DNA of 64,000 bases from an uncultured Verrucomicrobiota bacterium (GCA_903939515.1 CAJAHH010000123.1:29106-93105), one strand, 5' to 3'. Numbered from the stretch's first letter, positions 20,417 to 30,090 are shown. Numbers and translations are program-made. Notes: a model not told the origin generated them from the sequence alone.

Positions 20417-23400
20417 ATGCCCAGCTTGCCTGTTCTCGCTCTCACCGCGGTTTTCCTGACGGCGCTTCCCCTGGTGGCCGAAGTGCCCCGGCATCCGAAG
20501 TTCGGTTTTCCGGTATATACCAACGCGCCGTCGGGACGGCAGTTGGCGGGCCAGCACAAGCCGGCCGACAACCCGGCCTACAGCCCCGAAGAAGCCCGCA
20601 AGCGCTTCACGCTGTTGCCGGGCTTTGAAGCGCGGCTCTTCGCCTCGGAGCCCGAAGTGGTGAATCCCGTAGCGATGACCTGGGACGATCGGGGGCGCCT
20701 TTGGGTGGTGGAACTTTACGAGTATCCGCTGGGCACCAAGCCGGGAGAGAAGGGGCGCGACCGCATCAAGGTGCTTGAAGACACCGACGGCGACGGCCGA
20801 GCCGATTCGGTCAAGGTGTTTGCCGACGGGTTCACCTTGGCTACGGGCATTCTAGTGGCCAATGGCGGCGTGTATTTGGGGGCTGCTCCCAATTTGTATT
20901 TCCTCGAAGACACCGACGGGGATCTCGTCGCCGACAAGCAAACTATCGTCCAGACCGGCTTTGGTCTCGAAGACCGGCACGAGCTCCTCAATGGCTTTAC
21001 TTGGGGACCCGACGGACAGATGTACATGACCCACGGGGTGTTCACCCGGACCCAGGCCGTGGATCCGGCCCAGCCTGGAGAACCCGTGTTGCTAACAGCG
21101 GGGGTGGCCCGCTTCCAGCCCAAGACCCGGCGCATGGAGATCTTCGCCGAGGGCACATCCAATCCGTGGGGGGTCGACTTCGACGCCCGGGGCAACGCCT
21201 TCGTCAGCGCCTGCGTCATCGATCATTTCTTTCACCTCGCTCCGGGAGGTCTCTACCAGCGCCAGGCAGGGCAGCCGCCCTATCCCTACGCCTACGACCT
21301 GCTCCCCAGTATCGTCGACCACAAGCACTCCATGGCGGCGTACGCCGGTGTGAATATTTATCAGGGCGATCAGTATCCGGCGGAGTTCCGCGGCATGGCC
21401 CTCCAGGGAAACATCCATGACAATGCCATTCATCGCGATCGATTGACCCCTCGGGGCAGCACGTTCCTTGCCTCGGCTGATGGTGATTTTTTGCGGGCCA
21501 ACGACGGGTGGTTCATGCCGGTAAGCATGCAAACTGGCCCCGACGGCGCGGTGTGGGTGATGGACTGGTACGACAAGTACCCCTGCTATCAGAATGCGGG
21601 AGCCGACCCGGAAGGCGTGGATCGTGAGCGTGGACGCATCTGGCGTATTGTTTGGGCCGGAGACCAGCCCGGTCGACCCGTGCCGTCGCGGCCTGCTGGG
21701 CTCGCCTTGTCCGAGCGGAGCACCGTTGAACTGGTTCAGACCTTGGGTCATTCCAACGTCTGGCACCGTCGCATGGCCCAGCGAATTCTTTCTGAACGCC
21801 CGGATATTGCTTCTCAGAAATCCGTACTCTTCACCCGCCTGAAGTCTTCGGGCTCCGAAGACGCCCGCTTGGCCGCCCTCTGGACCTTGTTCAGCGCAGG
21901 CTTGGCCGATGATGCCGTTCTCGACGAGGCGGCCGATACGTCCGTGCCGTCGCTGCGCATGTGGGCGGCGCGTTTCAGCGGTGAGAACAACCGCATCACC
22001 GAGCGAGTCCACAAGCGTCTCGAATTGTTGGCCACCGATGAAAATCCGACCGTGCTCGCCGCAGTGGCTACGGCCTTGCGTCAGTTTTCCGGCGGCTCGT
22101 TGACGGTCAATACGGCCCCGACCCACGACATCGCTGTTCTGGGCCCGGCGGTGACGTCGGTGGCCGAGAAACTTCTCGGGACCGCCAAGGCTTCCACGGA
22201 TCGCGACTTGCCCTTTTTGTTGTGGATGGCCCTCGAGCCCAACTTGCTCTACGACCCCAACATCACGGCCGCCTGGTTCCAGGAGAAGGGAGAACGCTAC
22301 CTGCCCATGTCCGGCAAACTGGCCTACAAGATGGTCCGCCGTTTCTGCGACGCCCGGAAGGATTGGCTCGTGGACAAGACGCTAGAGATCGTTCAGGCCC
22401 TCGACTCGGCCTCGCCGCTGATCCCATACCTGCTGGATGGCCTGATCGATGGTCAGCGGGGCAAGGCTTTGGCTCCCACCAAACCCACGGAGGCGCTGCT
22501 CCAGAAACTCTTCTCCAGCTCGAATCTTGCCACTGTGGGCAAGGCCCGGCAGCTGGGCGCCTTGTGGGGGGATGTCGGCGCACTGCGGGCGCAGTTGGCA
22601 CGTGTGGGTGACACAGCCCTCCCAGAGACCGAACGACTGGAAGCGATCCAAGGGCTCCGCAATCAGCGCGGCGAAGAGGGGCGGCGGGCGCTGCTGGCCT
22701 TGGCGGGATCTGATGCTTCCGATGCGCTCCGCGTGGCCGCCATCCGCGTGTTGGCCGAGACGGGTAATGACGAAACCGCTCGCCAGTTGCTTGCTCACTG
22801 GAAGGCCATGACCCCGGCGGTGCGCACGGCTGCCGCCCAGTTCTCCACCACTCGGGGCGCCTGGAAGCGGGCCCTCTACAACGCCCTCGACCGGGGCGAG
22901 ATCGCCAAGGCCGACATTCCGGCCACGACAGTGCGTTCGTTGTTGGGTTCGCAGAATCCGGATGAACGGGAGAAGGCCGGTCGCCTGTTCGGGCGGTTTC
23001 AGGCCTCGGGCCCGGAGATCCTTCAGCGTATCGCCGCCAAGCGGAAGGTGGTGATTGATGGCCCGGTGGACCTCAAGGCGGGGCAGGAAATTGCGCGCAA
23101 GACATGCCTGCTCTGTCACCAGTTGCACGGAGAAGGCGCTGCGGTGGGGCCTGATTTGACGGGCGTCGGTCGTAGTTCGCTCGATGCGCTCCTGCACAAT
23201 GTCATCAACCCCAACGAAATCATCGGTCAGGGTTACGAGAATGTCGAAGTCGAGACCGTCGACGGTCAGACCCACAGCGGGCGGATGGTCGAGAATACGG
23301 CCAACCGGGTGAAACTGCTCATGGCTGGTTCGAATGAAGTGGTGATCGATCGATCCAACGTGAAGGCGTTGCGCGTGACCCCCAATTCGGCGATGCCCGA

Positions 23401-24016
23401 AGGGCTAGACCAGATGCCCGACGCCGATTTCCGCAATCTCATTTGGTTCATTCTCGCGCCGCCTCAAGATGGCAAGCCTCTGACGCCGCAGCGCCGCAAG
23501 GAACTCATTGGTGAAACCTCCGCGGTGCTCCCCGATGCCAACAACAAGGGCCCGGCCGCGGCCACTGATGGTGAGTCCATTGCGCTCTGGGCCCCGGGTT
23601 GGCAGGTCGATTGTCCGGAGTTTGAAGGCGCGCCCGCCAAGTACCCCGAAGCGGTGGGTCGGCGCAATGTGCTCATGACCCATCCCATCGACGCCCGGCG
23701 ACCGGCGGCCTTGGTCCGCGCCATCAACTTGCCGCGGGAAGGTAAGACAGCCCTGAAGTTCGCGGTCGCCGCCCATGACCAAGGTGATTGGGAGCTTCGG
23801 GTAGTCATTGACGGTGAAGTGATTCACCGACAACCGGTCACTCACGAGGCCCCCCGCTGGAAGGATGTCTCCCTCGATCTCACCCGCTACGCCGGCCGCC
23901 GCGTGGTCATTCGCCTCGAGAACGCCGCCACCGACTGGTCCTGGGAATTCGGCTACTGGGCCGACCTGCGCCTCGAGACTGGCGAGACCCTTCAGGCACG
24001 CGCCGAAGGACGGTGA
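20417..24016 (+). CDS. PVC-type heme-binding protein: membrane-bound-dehydrogenase-like domain, HEAT-like repeats, cytochrome c CxxCH, C-terminal beta domain
   Basis: Signal peptide. EPEVVNPVAMTWDDRGRLWVVE, DTDGDGRAD, a helical repeat region, CLLCHQLHGEG heme motif and MPEGL. 1199 aa. Confidence 0.85.
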   Translation: MPSLPVLALTAVFLTALPLVAEVPRHPKFGFPVYTNAPSGRQLAGQHKPADNPAYSPEEARKRFTLLPGFEARLFASEPEVVNPVAMTWDDRGRLWVVELYEYPLGTKPGEKGRDRIKVLEDTDGDGRADSVKVFADGFTLATGILVANGGVYLGAAPNLYFLEDTDGDLVADKQTIVQTGFGLEDRHELLNGFTWGPDGQMYMTHGVFTRTQAVDPAQPGEPVLLTAGVARFQPKTRRMEIFAEGTSNPWGVDFDARGNAFVSACVIDHFFHLAPGGLYQRQAGQPPYPYAYDLLPSIVDHKHSMAAYAGVNIYQGDQYPAEFRGMALQGNIHDNAIHRDRLTPRGSTFLASADGDFLRANDGWFMPVSMQTGPDGAVWVMDWYDKYPCYQNAGADPEGVDRERGRIWRIVWAGDQPGRPVPSRPAGLALSERSTVELVQTLGHSNVWHRRMAQRILSERPDIASQKSVLFTRLKSSGSEDARLAALWTLFSAGLADDAVLDEAADTSVPSLRMWAARFSGENNRITERVHKRLELLATDENPTVLAAVATALRQFSGGSLTVNTAPTHDIAVLGPAVTSVAEKLLGTAKASTDRDLPFLLWMALEPNLLYDPNITAAWFQEKGERYLPMSGKLAYKMVRRFCDARKDWLVDKTLEIVQALDSASPLIPYLLDGLIDGQRGKALAPTKPTEALLQKLFSSSNLATVGKARQLGALWGDVGALRAQLARVGDTALPETERLEAIQGLRNQRGEEGRRALLALAGSDASDALRVAAIRVLAETGNDETARQLLAHWKAMTPAVRTAAAQFSTTRGAWKRALYNALDRGEIAKADIPATTVRSLLGSQNPDEREKAGRLFGRFQASGPEILQRIAAKRKVVIDGPVDLKAGQEIARKTCLLCHQLHGEGAAVGPDLTGVGRSSLDALLHNVINPNEIIGQGYENVEVETVDGQTHSGRMVENTANRVKLLMAGSNEVVIDRSNVKALRVTPNSAMPEGLDQMPDADFRNLIWFILAPPQDGKPLTPQRRKELIGETSAVLPDANNKGPAAATDGESIALWAPGWQVDCPEFEGAPAKYPEAVGRRNVLMTHPIDARRPAALVRAINLPREGKTALKFAVAAHDQGDWELRVVIDGEVIHRQPVTHEAPRWKDVSLDLTRYAGRRVVIRLENAATDWSWEFGYWADLRLETGETLQARAEGR

Positions 24017-24112
24017 CGGGTGCGTTTTCGGGGTTATTGAACCGATAGTTCGTCCGTTGTTGGGCCCCGCACAGGCTGAGCAACGCAACTTGGCTCTCGC
24101 CGCAGGCGTGCG

Positions 24113-25096
24113 TCAGTGACCGGGCTGAGATCCGCCCGTTGCGAAGGCATCCCAACCGCCTCCGAATTGTGCGAGGAAGTGTAAGGGATAGGCCCGGTGC
24201 AAGACATACACGGGCAGGAGGATAACCACGTGGACAAACGGCACTAGTAGCAGGCAACAGGCACCGCAGGTGAGGACCGCGAACAAGACGACCGCGAGCA
24301 CGGTGACGATGGCTAGCGGGATTTGAACCAGCAGGTACAGCAGGAAGGACGTCGGGAAGCGGATCATCTGAGCCCCCAGCACCCCCCAGGCTTTCCGGCA
24401 CCCGCACCGGTGCGTGAATTGGATCGGTACCACGAATTCCGTGGTCAGCCAGCCCACCAGTAAAAGGAAGAGGGTCCCCAGACCCATCGGTGTCAGCAGT
24501 ATGAGGAGTTCGATGTCGAACAGCGTCATGTATCGTAAGCCTCCCAGAAGCATCATTCCTGCAAAAGCGAGCATGAGCAGCGCTTGCAGCAGGCCGAGCA
24601 CCAGCCGGAACCGGAACAGGCTGTTGGCTTCGCGCGCGAATTCGTGCCAGGGGCTTGAGAGGCCGGTTTCGTTTCGAGTCACTCCAGCCACGAAGACGAG
24701 ATCGCCGCGGCTATTGAGCCAGATGAGCGCCACCCAGACCGTCAGTGCCAGCACGCCCAGAAAAGCCAGCAACGGTACCATCCAGATCCAATGATCACGA
24801 ACGGTCGAGAGGACCTGCTCGAACCACTCGACCAGATCACTCGCGAATCTCGATGAGACGTCCCAGCGGATGGGGCCGAGCTTGGATTCGGTTCGGCTGG
24901 CCTGAGTCTGGAGGCCCGTGATCCCGAAATGGGTCAACTGGCTCAGCCAGGCCATGAGTCCGAGCAGCAACCACCGCGAAAGTAGGAAGGAGCTGAAGAG
25001 AATTCGACGTGTGGTGGCGAAGGCGGATTCCAGCGGCCAAATCGGGTCAATCCAGCGAACCGCGGGAGGAAGGGGAGCGGGATCAGCTGGTTTCAT
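24113..25096 (-). CDS. Hypothetical polytopic membrane protein
   Basis: 327 aa with about 6 long hydrophobic segments and coding-like composition. No motif I recognise. Confidence 0.6.
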   Translation of the reverse strand: MKPADPAPLPPAVRWIDPIWPLESAFATTRRILFSSFLLSRWLLLGLMAWLSQLTHFGITGLQTQASRTESKLGPIRWDVSSRFASDLVEWFEQVLSTVRDHWIWMVPLLAFLGVLALTVWVALIWLNSRGDLVFVAGVTRNETGLSSPWHEFAREANSLFRFRLVLGLLQALLMLAFAGMMLLGGLRYMTLFDIELLILLTPMGLGTLFLLLVGWLTTEFVVPIQFTHRCGCRKAWGVLGAQMIRFPTSFLLYLLVQIPLAIVTVLAVVLFAVLTCGACCLLLVPFVHVVILLPVYVLHRAYPLHFLAQFGGGWDAFATGGSQPGH

Positions 25097-25231
25097 GAAA
25101 GGATATCAACGGAGGTTGGCCACATCAGCCTCCCGGGAAGAGCTGTTGGCAACGATTGAATTGATGATTTGAATCATTGATCGAAGTATTTCCAGTCTCC
25201 GGTCAGACGATCCTCCGGTCAGACGTTTCGA

Positions 25232-26245
25232 TCAGCCTTCATTTCGCAGCGCCGTCGCCATGTCGCGGGCGAAGTAGCTGAGGATCCAGTCGGCGCCGGC
25301 GCGCTTAATGGCCAAGAGGCTTTCATTGCGAGTGGCCACAAGGTCGAGCCATCCAGCGCGGGCTGCGGCGTGAATTTGAGCGTATTCGCCGCTCACCTGA
25401 TACGCAGCCAAGGGCAACCGTGTTTGCCGCCGCAATTCGGCGAGGATGTCGAGGTAGGGACCCGCCGGCTTGACCATTAGCGCGTCGGCCCCTTCCTGCT
25501 CGTCGAGCAGGGCATCTTTCAGGGCCTCCCGTGGATTCGCTGGATTGAGTTGGTAGGTGCGCTTGTCGAGCGATCGGGTGCCGGCCGCCTGGGCACTGCC
25601 GACGGCTTCGCGGAAGGGACCGTAGTAGGCCGAGGCGAACTTGGCGCTGTAGGCCAGGATGCCGGTGTTTCCGTGCCCTGCCGAATCGAGCGCGTGGCGG
25701 ATGGCTCGCACTCGGCCGTCCATCATGTCGCTGGGGGCCACGAAGTCGGTGCCTGCCGCCGCGTGCAAGGCGGCCATTTCTCCCAGCACGGTGACAGTGG
25801 CGTCGTTGTCCACATCGTGGCCATCGGCGGTTAACAGGCCGTCATGTCCGTGGCTGGTGTACGGATCGAGGGCGATGTCGGTGAAGAGCACCAACTCGGG
25901 CACTGCCGCCTTGATCGCACGCACGGCGCGCAGCACCAGGCACTCGGGGTTCAGTGCCTCGCGGCCGTCCGGAGTCTTGAGTTCGCTGGGTGTGACCGGA
26001 AAGAGCGCGATGCCGCGAATGCCTAGTTCGAAGAGTTCTCGCGCCTCGCGGACCAGGTCGTCGAGGTTGAGCCGGAAGACCCCAGGCATCGACCCCACGG
26101 CCGTCGGCGCCCCACAACCTTCTTGGACAAACAGCGGCGCGATGAAGTCCGAGGGATGAAGCCGGACCTCCTGCACCATCTCGCGGATGGCCGCACCGCG
26201 TCGCAACCGTCGGGCCCGAAGGGCTGGAAACCCCGCTGAACTCAT
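25232..26245 (-). CDS. hemB: Porphobilinogen synthase (delta-aminolevulinic acid dehydratase)
   Basis: RLRRGAAIREMVQEVRLHPSDFIAPLFVQEG, DIALDPYTSHGHDG, ALMVKPAGPYLDI and QVSGEYA. Confidence 0.95.
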   Translation of the reverse strand: MSSAGFPALRARRLRRGAAIREMVQEVRLHPSDFIAPLFVQEGCGAPTAVGSMPGVFRLNLDDLVREARELFELGIRGIALFPVTPSELKTPDGREALNPECLVLRAVRAIKAAVPELVLFTDIALDPYTSHGHDGLLTADGHDVDNDATVTVLGEMAALHAAAGTDFVAPSDMMDGRVRAIRHALDSAGHGNTGILAYSAKFASAYYGPFREAVGSAQAAGTRSLDKRTYQLNPANPREALKDALLDEQEGADALMVKPAGPYLDILAELRRQTRLPLAAYQVSGEYAQIHAAARAGWLDLVATRNESLLAIKRAGADWILSYFARDMATALRNEG

Positions 26246-26314
26246 GCCGCTAGCGTGGCCGATTGTCGCGCGGGATACAAACCGAGTTCCCGACGGTCGA
26301 AGTGAAGCTGATGC

Positions 26315-26488
26315 GTTCGGGGAACGGTTTCCGAATTGGGCTCAGTGAATAGCCTACGGGCAAATCGTGACACGCACACGGTTAAGATCGTTCGGGAGCT
26401 TCGAGACCGACCTGCCGCCACCCCGCCTCCGGGCTGTGTTCCTTCTGTGCGGTGGAATACCAGTGGATGCCCTGCCGCAGTGCGGTGA
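26315..26488 (+). pseudogene. Frameshifted remnant paralogous to the fragment at 30091-30342
   Basis: No start codon; an in-frame stop lies at 26309-11. GTVSELG..THTVKIVRE matches GTISELG..THTVKIVQE at 30.1 kb, with nucleotide blocks GGAACG[G/A]TTTCCGAATTGGGC and CACACGGT[T/C]AAGAT[C/T]GTTC[G/A]GGAG. Similarity continues in another frame after about 26400. Confidence 0.35.
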
Positions 26489-26826
26489 TGAATCCCTCGC
26501 GGCGAACCAGGTTGATTGAATGGGTTTGGTCTTAAGCACCTGCTTGGCCAGACGCGCCGCATCTCCCCGAGTCCAACGGGCGGACGGGGTCCGTTTGCAG
26601 GCCACCAACCGTCGATTGCTCCCTCAATACGTTGAGGTTGAGAGGGAGGTTGTGCGTTGGGTGGGCCAAGACGAGCGCGACCCATGCGCCGAGTCATTTC
26701 CTTGCCGCAGACTGTGTTGCCGGACATCCAGTGAAGGTTTCGTCCGGAGATGACTCCATTGGAGACCGATCCGGCGTCAACTCCGGTCATCTTGCTGTTC
26801 CTTCGAGATTGTGATGAAGATCGGTT

Positions 26827-26870
26827 GGTTATAGCGAATGAAGCGGTTATAGCGTTTGATGGTTGATATT
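26827..26870 (+). promoter_or_regulatory. Direct repeats GGTTATAGCG-N8-GGTTATAGCG-N6-GGTTGATATT upstream of the antitoxin gene (candidate TA operator/promoter)
   Basis: Repeats read at 26827-36, 26845-54 and 26861-70, about 30 bp upstream of ATG 26899. TA operons are commonly autoregulated through such repeats. Confidence 0.35.
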
Positions 26871-26898
26871 CGACCCCGGTTACCGAACATTCGGTGCC

Positions 26899-27351
26899 AT
26901 GCTGACAACGCGAATACATCGTCTGGATCCGTCCCTCATTCCGGAGGAACAGCTCGTCGAGGTGGCCAAGGCCTTCGCGAAGTCGGATGACGTTGTTCTG
27001 ATCGACTCGCAGGGCAAACAAACCCACATCCCCGAAGCCTTGTTCGCCCATTTTGCCAGGATTGTCCGGATCATGTCAGAGCGGAGGGCCATCGTCATGC
27101 TGCCGGAGGATGAGGCCTTCACCACCCAGGCGGCGGCGAACTATCTCGGCATGTCCCGGCAGTTCTTCGTGAACCTGCTGGAGAAGGGCGAAATCTCGCA
27201 TCATCGCGTGGGCACGCACCGGCGTGTCACCTTTCGGGACCTGCTGGAGTACGAACGGAATCGGGACCGGACGCGACGTGAGGCCATGGACCAGCTGACC
27301 GATGAAGTCATCCAGGCCGGGAAGTATTTCCCTGTCACTGATCCGGCATAG
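26899..27351 (+). CDS. Excisionase-family helix-turn-helix DNA-binding protein (putative antitoxin)
   Basis: TTQAAANYLGMSRQFFVNLLEKGEISHHRVGTHRRVTFRDLLEY HTH. It lies 11 nt upstream of a PIN gene. The start is 26899 or 26863. Confidence 0.75.
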   Translation: MLTTRIHRLDPSLIPEEQLVEVAKAFAKSDDVVLIDSQGKQTHIPEALFAHFARIVRIMSERRAIVMLPEDEAFTTQAAANYLGMSRQFFVNLLEKGEISHHRVGTHRRVTFRDLLEYERNRDRTRREAMDQLTDEVIQAGKYFPVTDPA

Positions 27352-27362
27352 GCGCAGGCGCG

Positions 27363-27917
27363 ATGAGAGCTGATTTCAAGGTCGTGCTGGATGCGTGCGT
27401 CCTCGCCAACTACGGCGTGGCGAATCTGCTGTTGCTCCTGGCGGAGAAGCCACGCCTGTATCTTCCGGTTTGGAGCGACGAGATCCTCGCTGAAACCCGC
27501 CGGACCCAGATCGACAAACTGGGCTGGGAAGGGCGATTGGCCGAGCGTTTTGAAAGCCAATTGCGCAGCCAGTTTCCCGAATCGATGGTGACTGGATATG
27601 AACACCGGGTGGTTGACTGCGGCAATGACCCCAAAGACCGCCACGTGCTGGCCTGTGCCATTCACTGCCGGGCGGAATTGGTGCTGACGTTTAACCTGAG
27701 GGATTTCAAGGAAGAGGCCCTGGCTCCATGGCGGATCCAGGCCGTGCACCCGCAGGACTACCTGCTGACCCTGTTTGAGCTGGAGCCCTTACTGGTGATG
27801 CACCAACTCGGCGCAATCTCTCAAAAACGAGGTATGCTGGTGGAAGACCACCTGATTGACTTGGGTCGATTCTTACCCTCATTCGCATCGCGGCTCCTGG
27901 ACGAACTCGAATCGTAA
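27363..27917 (+). CDS. PIN domain protein (putative VapC-like toxin)
   Basis: FKVVLDACVLANYGVANLLL (first acidic residue) and DPKDRHVLACAIHCRAELVLTFNLRDF over 184 aa. Confidence 0.75.
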   Translation: MRADFKVVLDACVLANYGVANLLLLLAEKPRLYLPVWSDEILAETRRTQIDKLGWEGRLAERFESQLRSQFPESMVTGYEHRVVDCGNDPKDRHVLACAIHCRAELVLTFNLRDFKEEALAPWRIQAVHPQDYLLTLFELEPLLVMHQLGAISQKRGMLVEDHLIDLGRFLPSFASRLLDELES

Positions 27918-28004
27918 TGCAGATCGGCGTTCGCGCTGCCATCGCTGCCAGGCTGGTGTGCGTGACAATCGATTTTTTATCCAGAGAAGCAGCGGTGCTC
28001 GTTC

Positions 28005-29216
28005 TCAATACTCCGAACGAGCCGAAGCCTCTCCACTGGGAAGTACGCGAACCCGAAGACTCCGGCCGGAAGTTTCCATGTGGATGCCATTTACCCGGGC
28101 CCCGACCGAATGGGCTAGGCCGTCGGTGAAACGCAGATGAATCTCAGTTGCATCGCTAGGATCGTGCACCAACACGCACGGAAGCAGCCCATTGATTTCA
28201 CGGCGCCGATGGGGTTCCTGAATGAGGATTTGCACGTTGGAGTTAGTGCTTCCCGTGAATTCGATCGAGAAAGCAGAGGCGGATAACCGGGACAGCTCGT
28301 CCCAGGTCAACCCCAATGATCGGAGGTCGCTGTCTTGCACCTCGAACTCGAACTGACGGCGATCAAACGTCTCGGGCAAGGGATGGAATTCCATGGTTTG
28401 GAACACCCACCATCCGGAGTTCGTTAGGTAGTCGTTGCTCATCCATTCCATTCGTCGAATCCACCCCGTTGCTGCGTCGTGCCACAACCGGGTCGACCAG
28501 TCTGGGGTATGTTCTCCCAATTGAAGTCCGGGATCCCGCCGTTCGCCCACCCAACAGCCCTCCAGACCGACCTGAGGCTCTGGCTCGCTAGAGGCTGCGG
28601 TTTGGGATGACGGAATGAATTGGCTACGCAGAGAGTTCAACGCAGGAGCCACAACAGTATCCAGGCGAGGCTGCGCCGAATTCAGTCGGAATCGGCGCTC
28701 ACCGGTTTGGCTGTTCTCGTAAAGTTCCCAGTTCCGCTGATTCCAAGTTCTCTCGGACCCTCGGATGGTCAGCCACTGGGCAAGGCCCTGATCTGAAATC
28801 TTGTAATGGATATCGGTTCGAACCAGGGGATTCGCCGGGTGCACCGAGGTGCTGAAGTTGGGCCAGGCATTGATGTTCTGCGATGGATCGCGCAGCACCA
28901 TTTGGGGAGAACCTGAACGTTCGTGCTGAATGACATGCAGGCTGCGGACGCTTCGAATGAGATCGCCGGCCCCGGCAAAGGAACGTGCTCCGCCAAAAGG
29001 CTGGAACAACAGCAGTAGAACGAAACACAGGGCACCTGCGAGACCTGTCAGCGGCCAGCGCAAGGTGGGCCATGCGAAAGACAGGCGGCGGTGCGTCCGT
29101 GGTGGCGGGATCTGGATCTGGCGTAGATCCCGTTTCAAATCGGCCAAGAGATCGGCGGGTGGCACCGGAACCGGAGTCGAGGTCAGGCGGCCGGCGATTT
29201 GGGAGTCCGAGAGCAT
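28005..29216 (-). CDS. Putative anti-sigma factor: single-pass membrane protein with large extracytoplasmic domain
   Basis: Starts 13 nt after the ECF sigma stop. A ~50-aa cytoplasmic segment is followed by one TM helix (WPLTGLAGALCFVLLLLF) and a ~330-aa Trp-rich C-terminal domain. No zf-HC2 motif, so the call is positional. Confidence 0.5.
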   Translation of the reverse strand: MLSDSQIAGRLTSTPVPVPPADLLADLKRDLRQIQIPPPRTHRRLSFAWPTLRWPLTGLAGALCFVLLLLFQPFGGARSFAGAGDLIRSVRSLHVIQHERSGSPQMVLRDPSQNINAWPNFSTSVHPANPLVRTDIHYKISDQGLAQWLTIRGSERTWNQRNWELYENSQTGERRFRLNSAQPRLDTVVAPALNSLRSQFIPSSQTAASSEPEPQVGLEGCWVGERRDPGLQLGEHTPDWSTRLWHDAATGWIRRMEWMSNDYLTNSGWWVFQTMEFHPLPETFDRRQFEFEVQDSDLRSLGLTWDELSRLSASAFSIEFTGSTNSNVQILIQEPHRRREINGLLPCVLVHDPSDATEIHLRFTDGLAHSVGARVNGIHMETSGRSLRVRVLPSGEASARSEY

Positions 29217-29228
29217 AGTTAGAGTGGT

Positions 29229-29810
29229 TTAGAATGAATGATTTAAGGAAGGGTTGGGCGGGGATGACATGCGACGGCGTAGTCGTTGGAGGGCGGAGTT
29301 CAACCGAACCTTCAAGGTGCTGAGCGGCATGGAGAGCACATCAGCGGCCTGGGTCTGGGTGAGTTGCTGACCGAAATGGAGGTGGATGATCTGCCGTTCC
29401 TCTTCTGGAAGTCTGGAGACTTCATTCCAAAGGTGCTGTTGCTCCTCAGCCTCGGCGACCGCTTCGAGGGGCGACGGGAGCAGACAAGGCTGGACCTGCC
29501 ACCCGGATTCTCCAATCGGTTCCATGGCAGTCCGGCCACGCAGCCAGTCTATCCAGGTGCAATAGGCGATCCTATGAATCCAGGTCCCCACGCTGGACGA
29601 CTCCCCATACTTCGGGAGCGATTTCCAGACTCGCTGAAAGGTGTCCTGCGTCAGATCTGCAGCATCCGCGTCGGAGGTGACCTGTCGACGGTGGTAGGCG
29701 AAGACCCGAGCATAGTGGGCCTCCAATAGGCTCTCGGCCGCCGACTTATCCCCCTGAACGGCCTGCCGGCACCATTCCCGGTCTCGTTGATTCGGACCCA
29801 TATCAGCCAT
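29229..29810 (-). CDS. RNA polymerase sigma-70 factor, ECF subfamily
   Basis: Region 2 DLTQDTFQRVWKSLPKY..WIHRIAYCTWIDWLR. Region 4 LPEEERQIIHLHFGQQLTQTQAADVLSMPLSTLKVRLNSALQRLR. Confidence 0.9.
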   Translation of the reverse strand: MADMGPNQRDREWCRQAVQGDKSAAESLLEAHYARVFAYHRRQVTSDADAADLTQDTFQRVWKSLPKYGESSSVGTWIHRIAYCTWIDWLRGRTAMEPIGESGWQVQPCLLPSPLEAVAEAEEQQHLWNEVSRLPEEERQIIHLHFGQQLTQTQAADVLSMPLSTLKVRLNSALQRLRRRMSSPPNPSLNHSF

Positions 29811-30090
29811 GTTTCCTGATTAGTCGAAAGTCCGGTTTCGAGTAGCCAGAAAATCTCGCGGAGGCGCTTTTAAACCGGAATTCATCCCCATCAGAAGTCT
29901 GAAGCTTCGGGCTTGGTATTCCGGGTTCTGGGAACAGTTCCATGGAGCCAGACCTCACTCCCGATGGAATGGTGGGCAAATCAGGAACCTAGAGGCGCTT
30001 TGTCATTGGGGTTTCCAGTTTTTTAGTCGTTGCCGAATCCAGCATTCGGATCTGTCACTGCTGATGGAGCGCCATCCAAAACGGAGAAGG

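Noticed and set aside
21092-23275. Minus-strand ORFs 21092..22126 and 22382..23275
   Set aside because: They are antisense to the 1199-aa heme-binding protein and have shadow-ORF composition.
26242-27051. 269-aa minus-strand ORF running from the antitoxin gene into the hemB start
   Set aside because: It overlaps the well-supported HTH gene on the opposite strand and crosses the frameshifted remnant region. It has no recognisable motif. It is probably a chance open frame in a decayed intergenic region, though I could not fully exclude a remnant of another gene.
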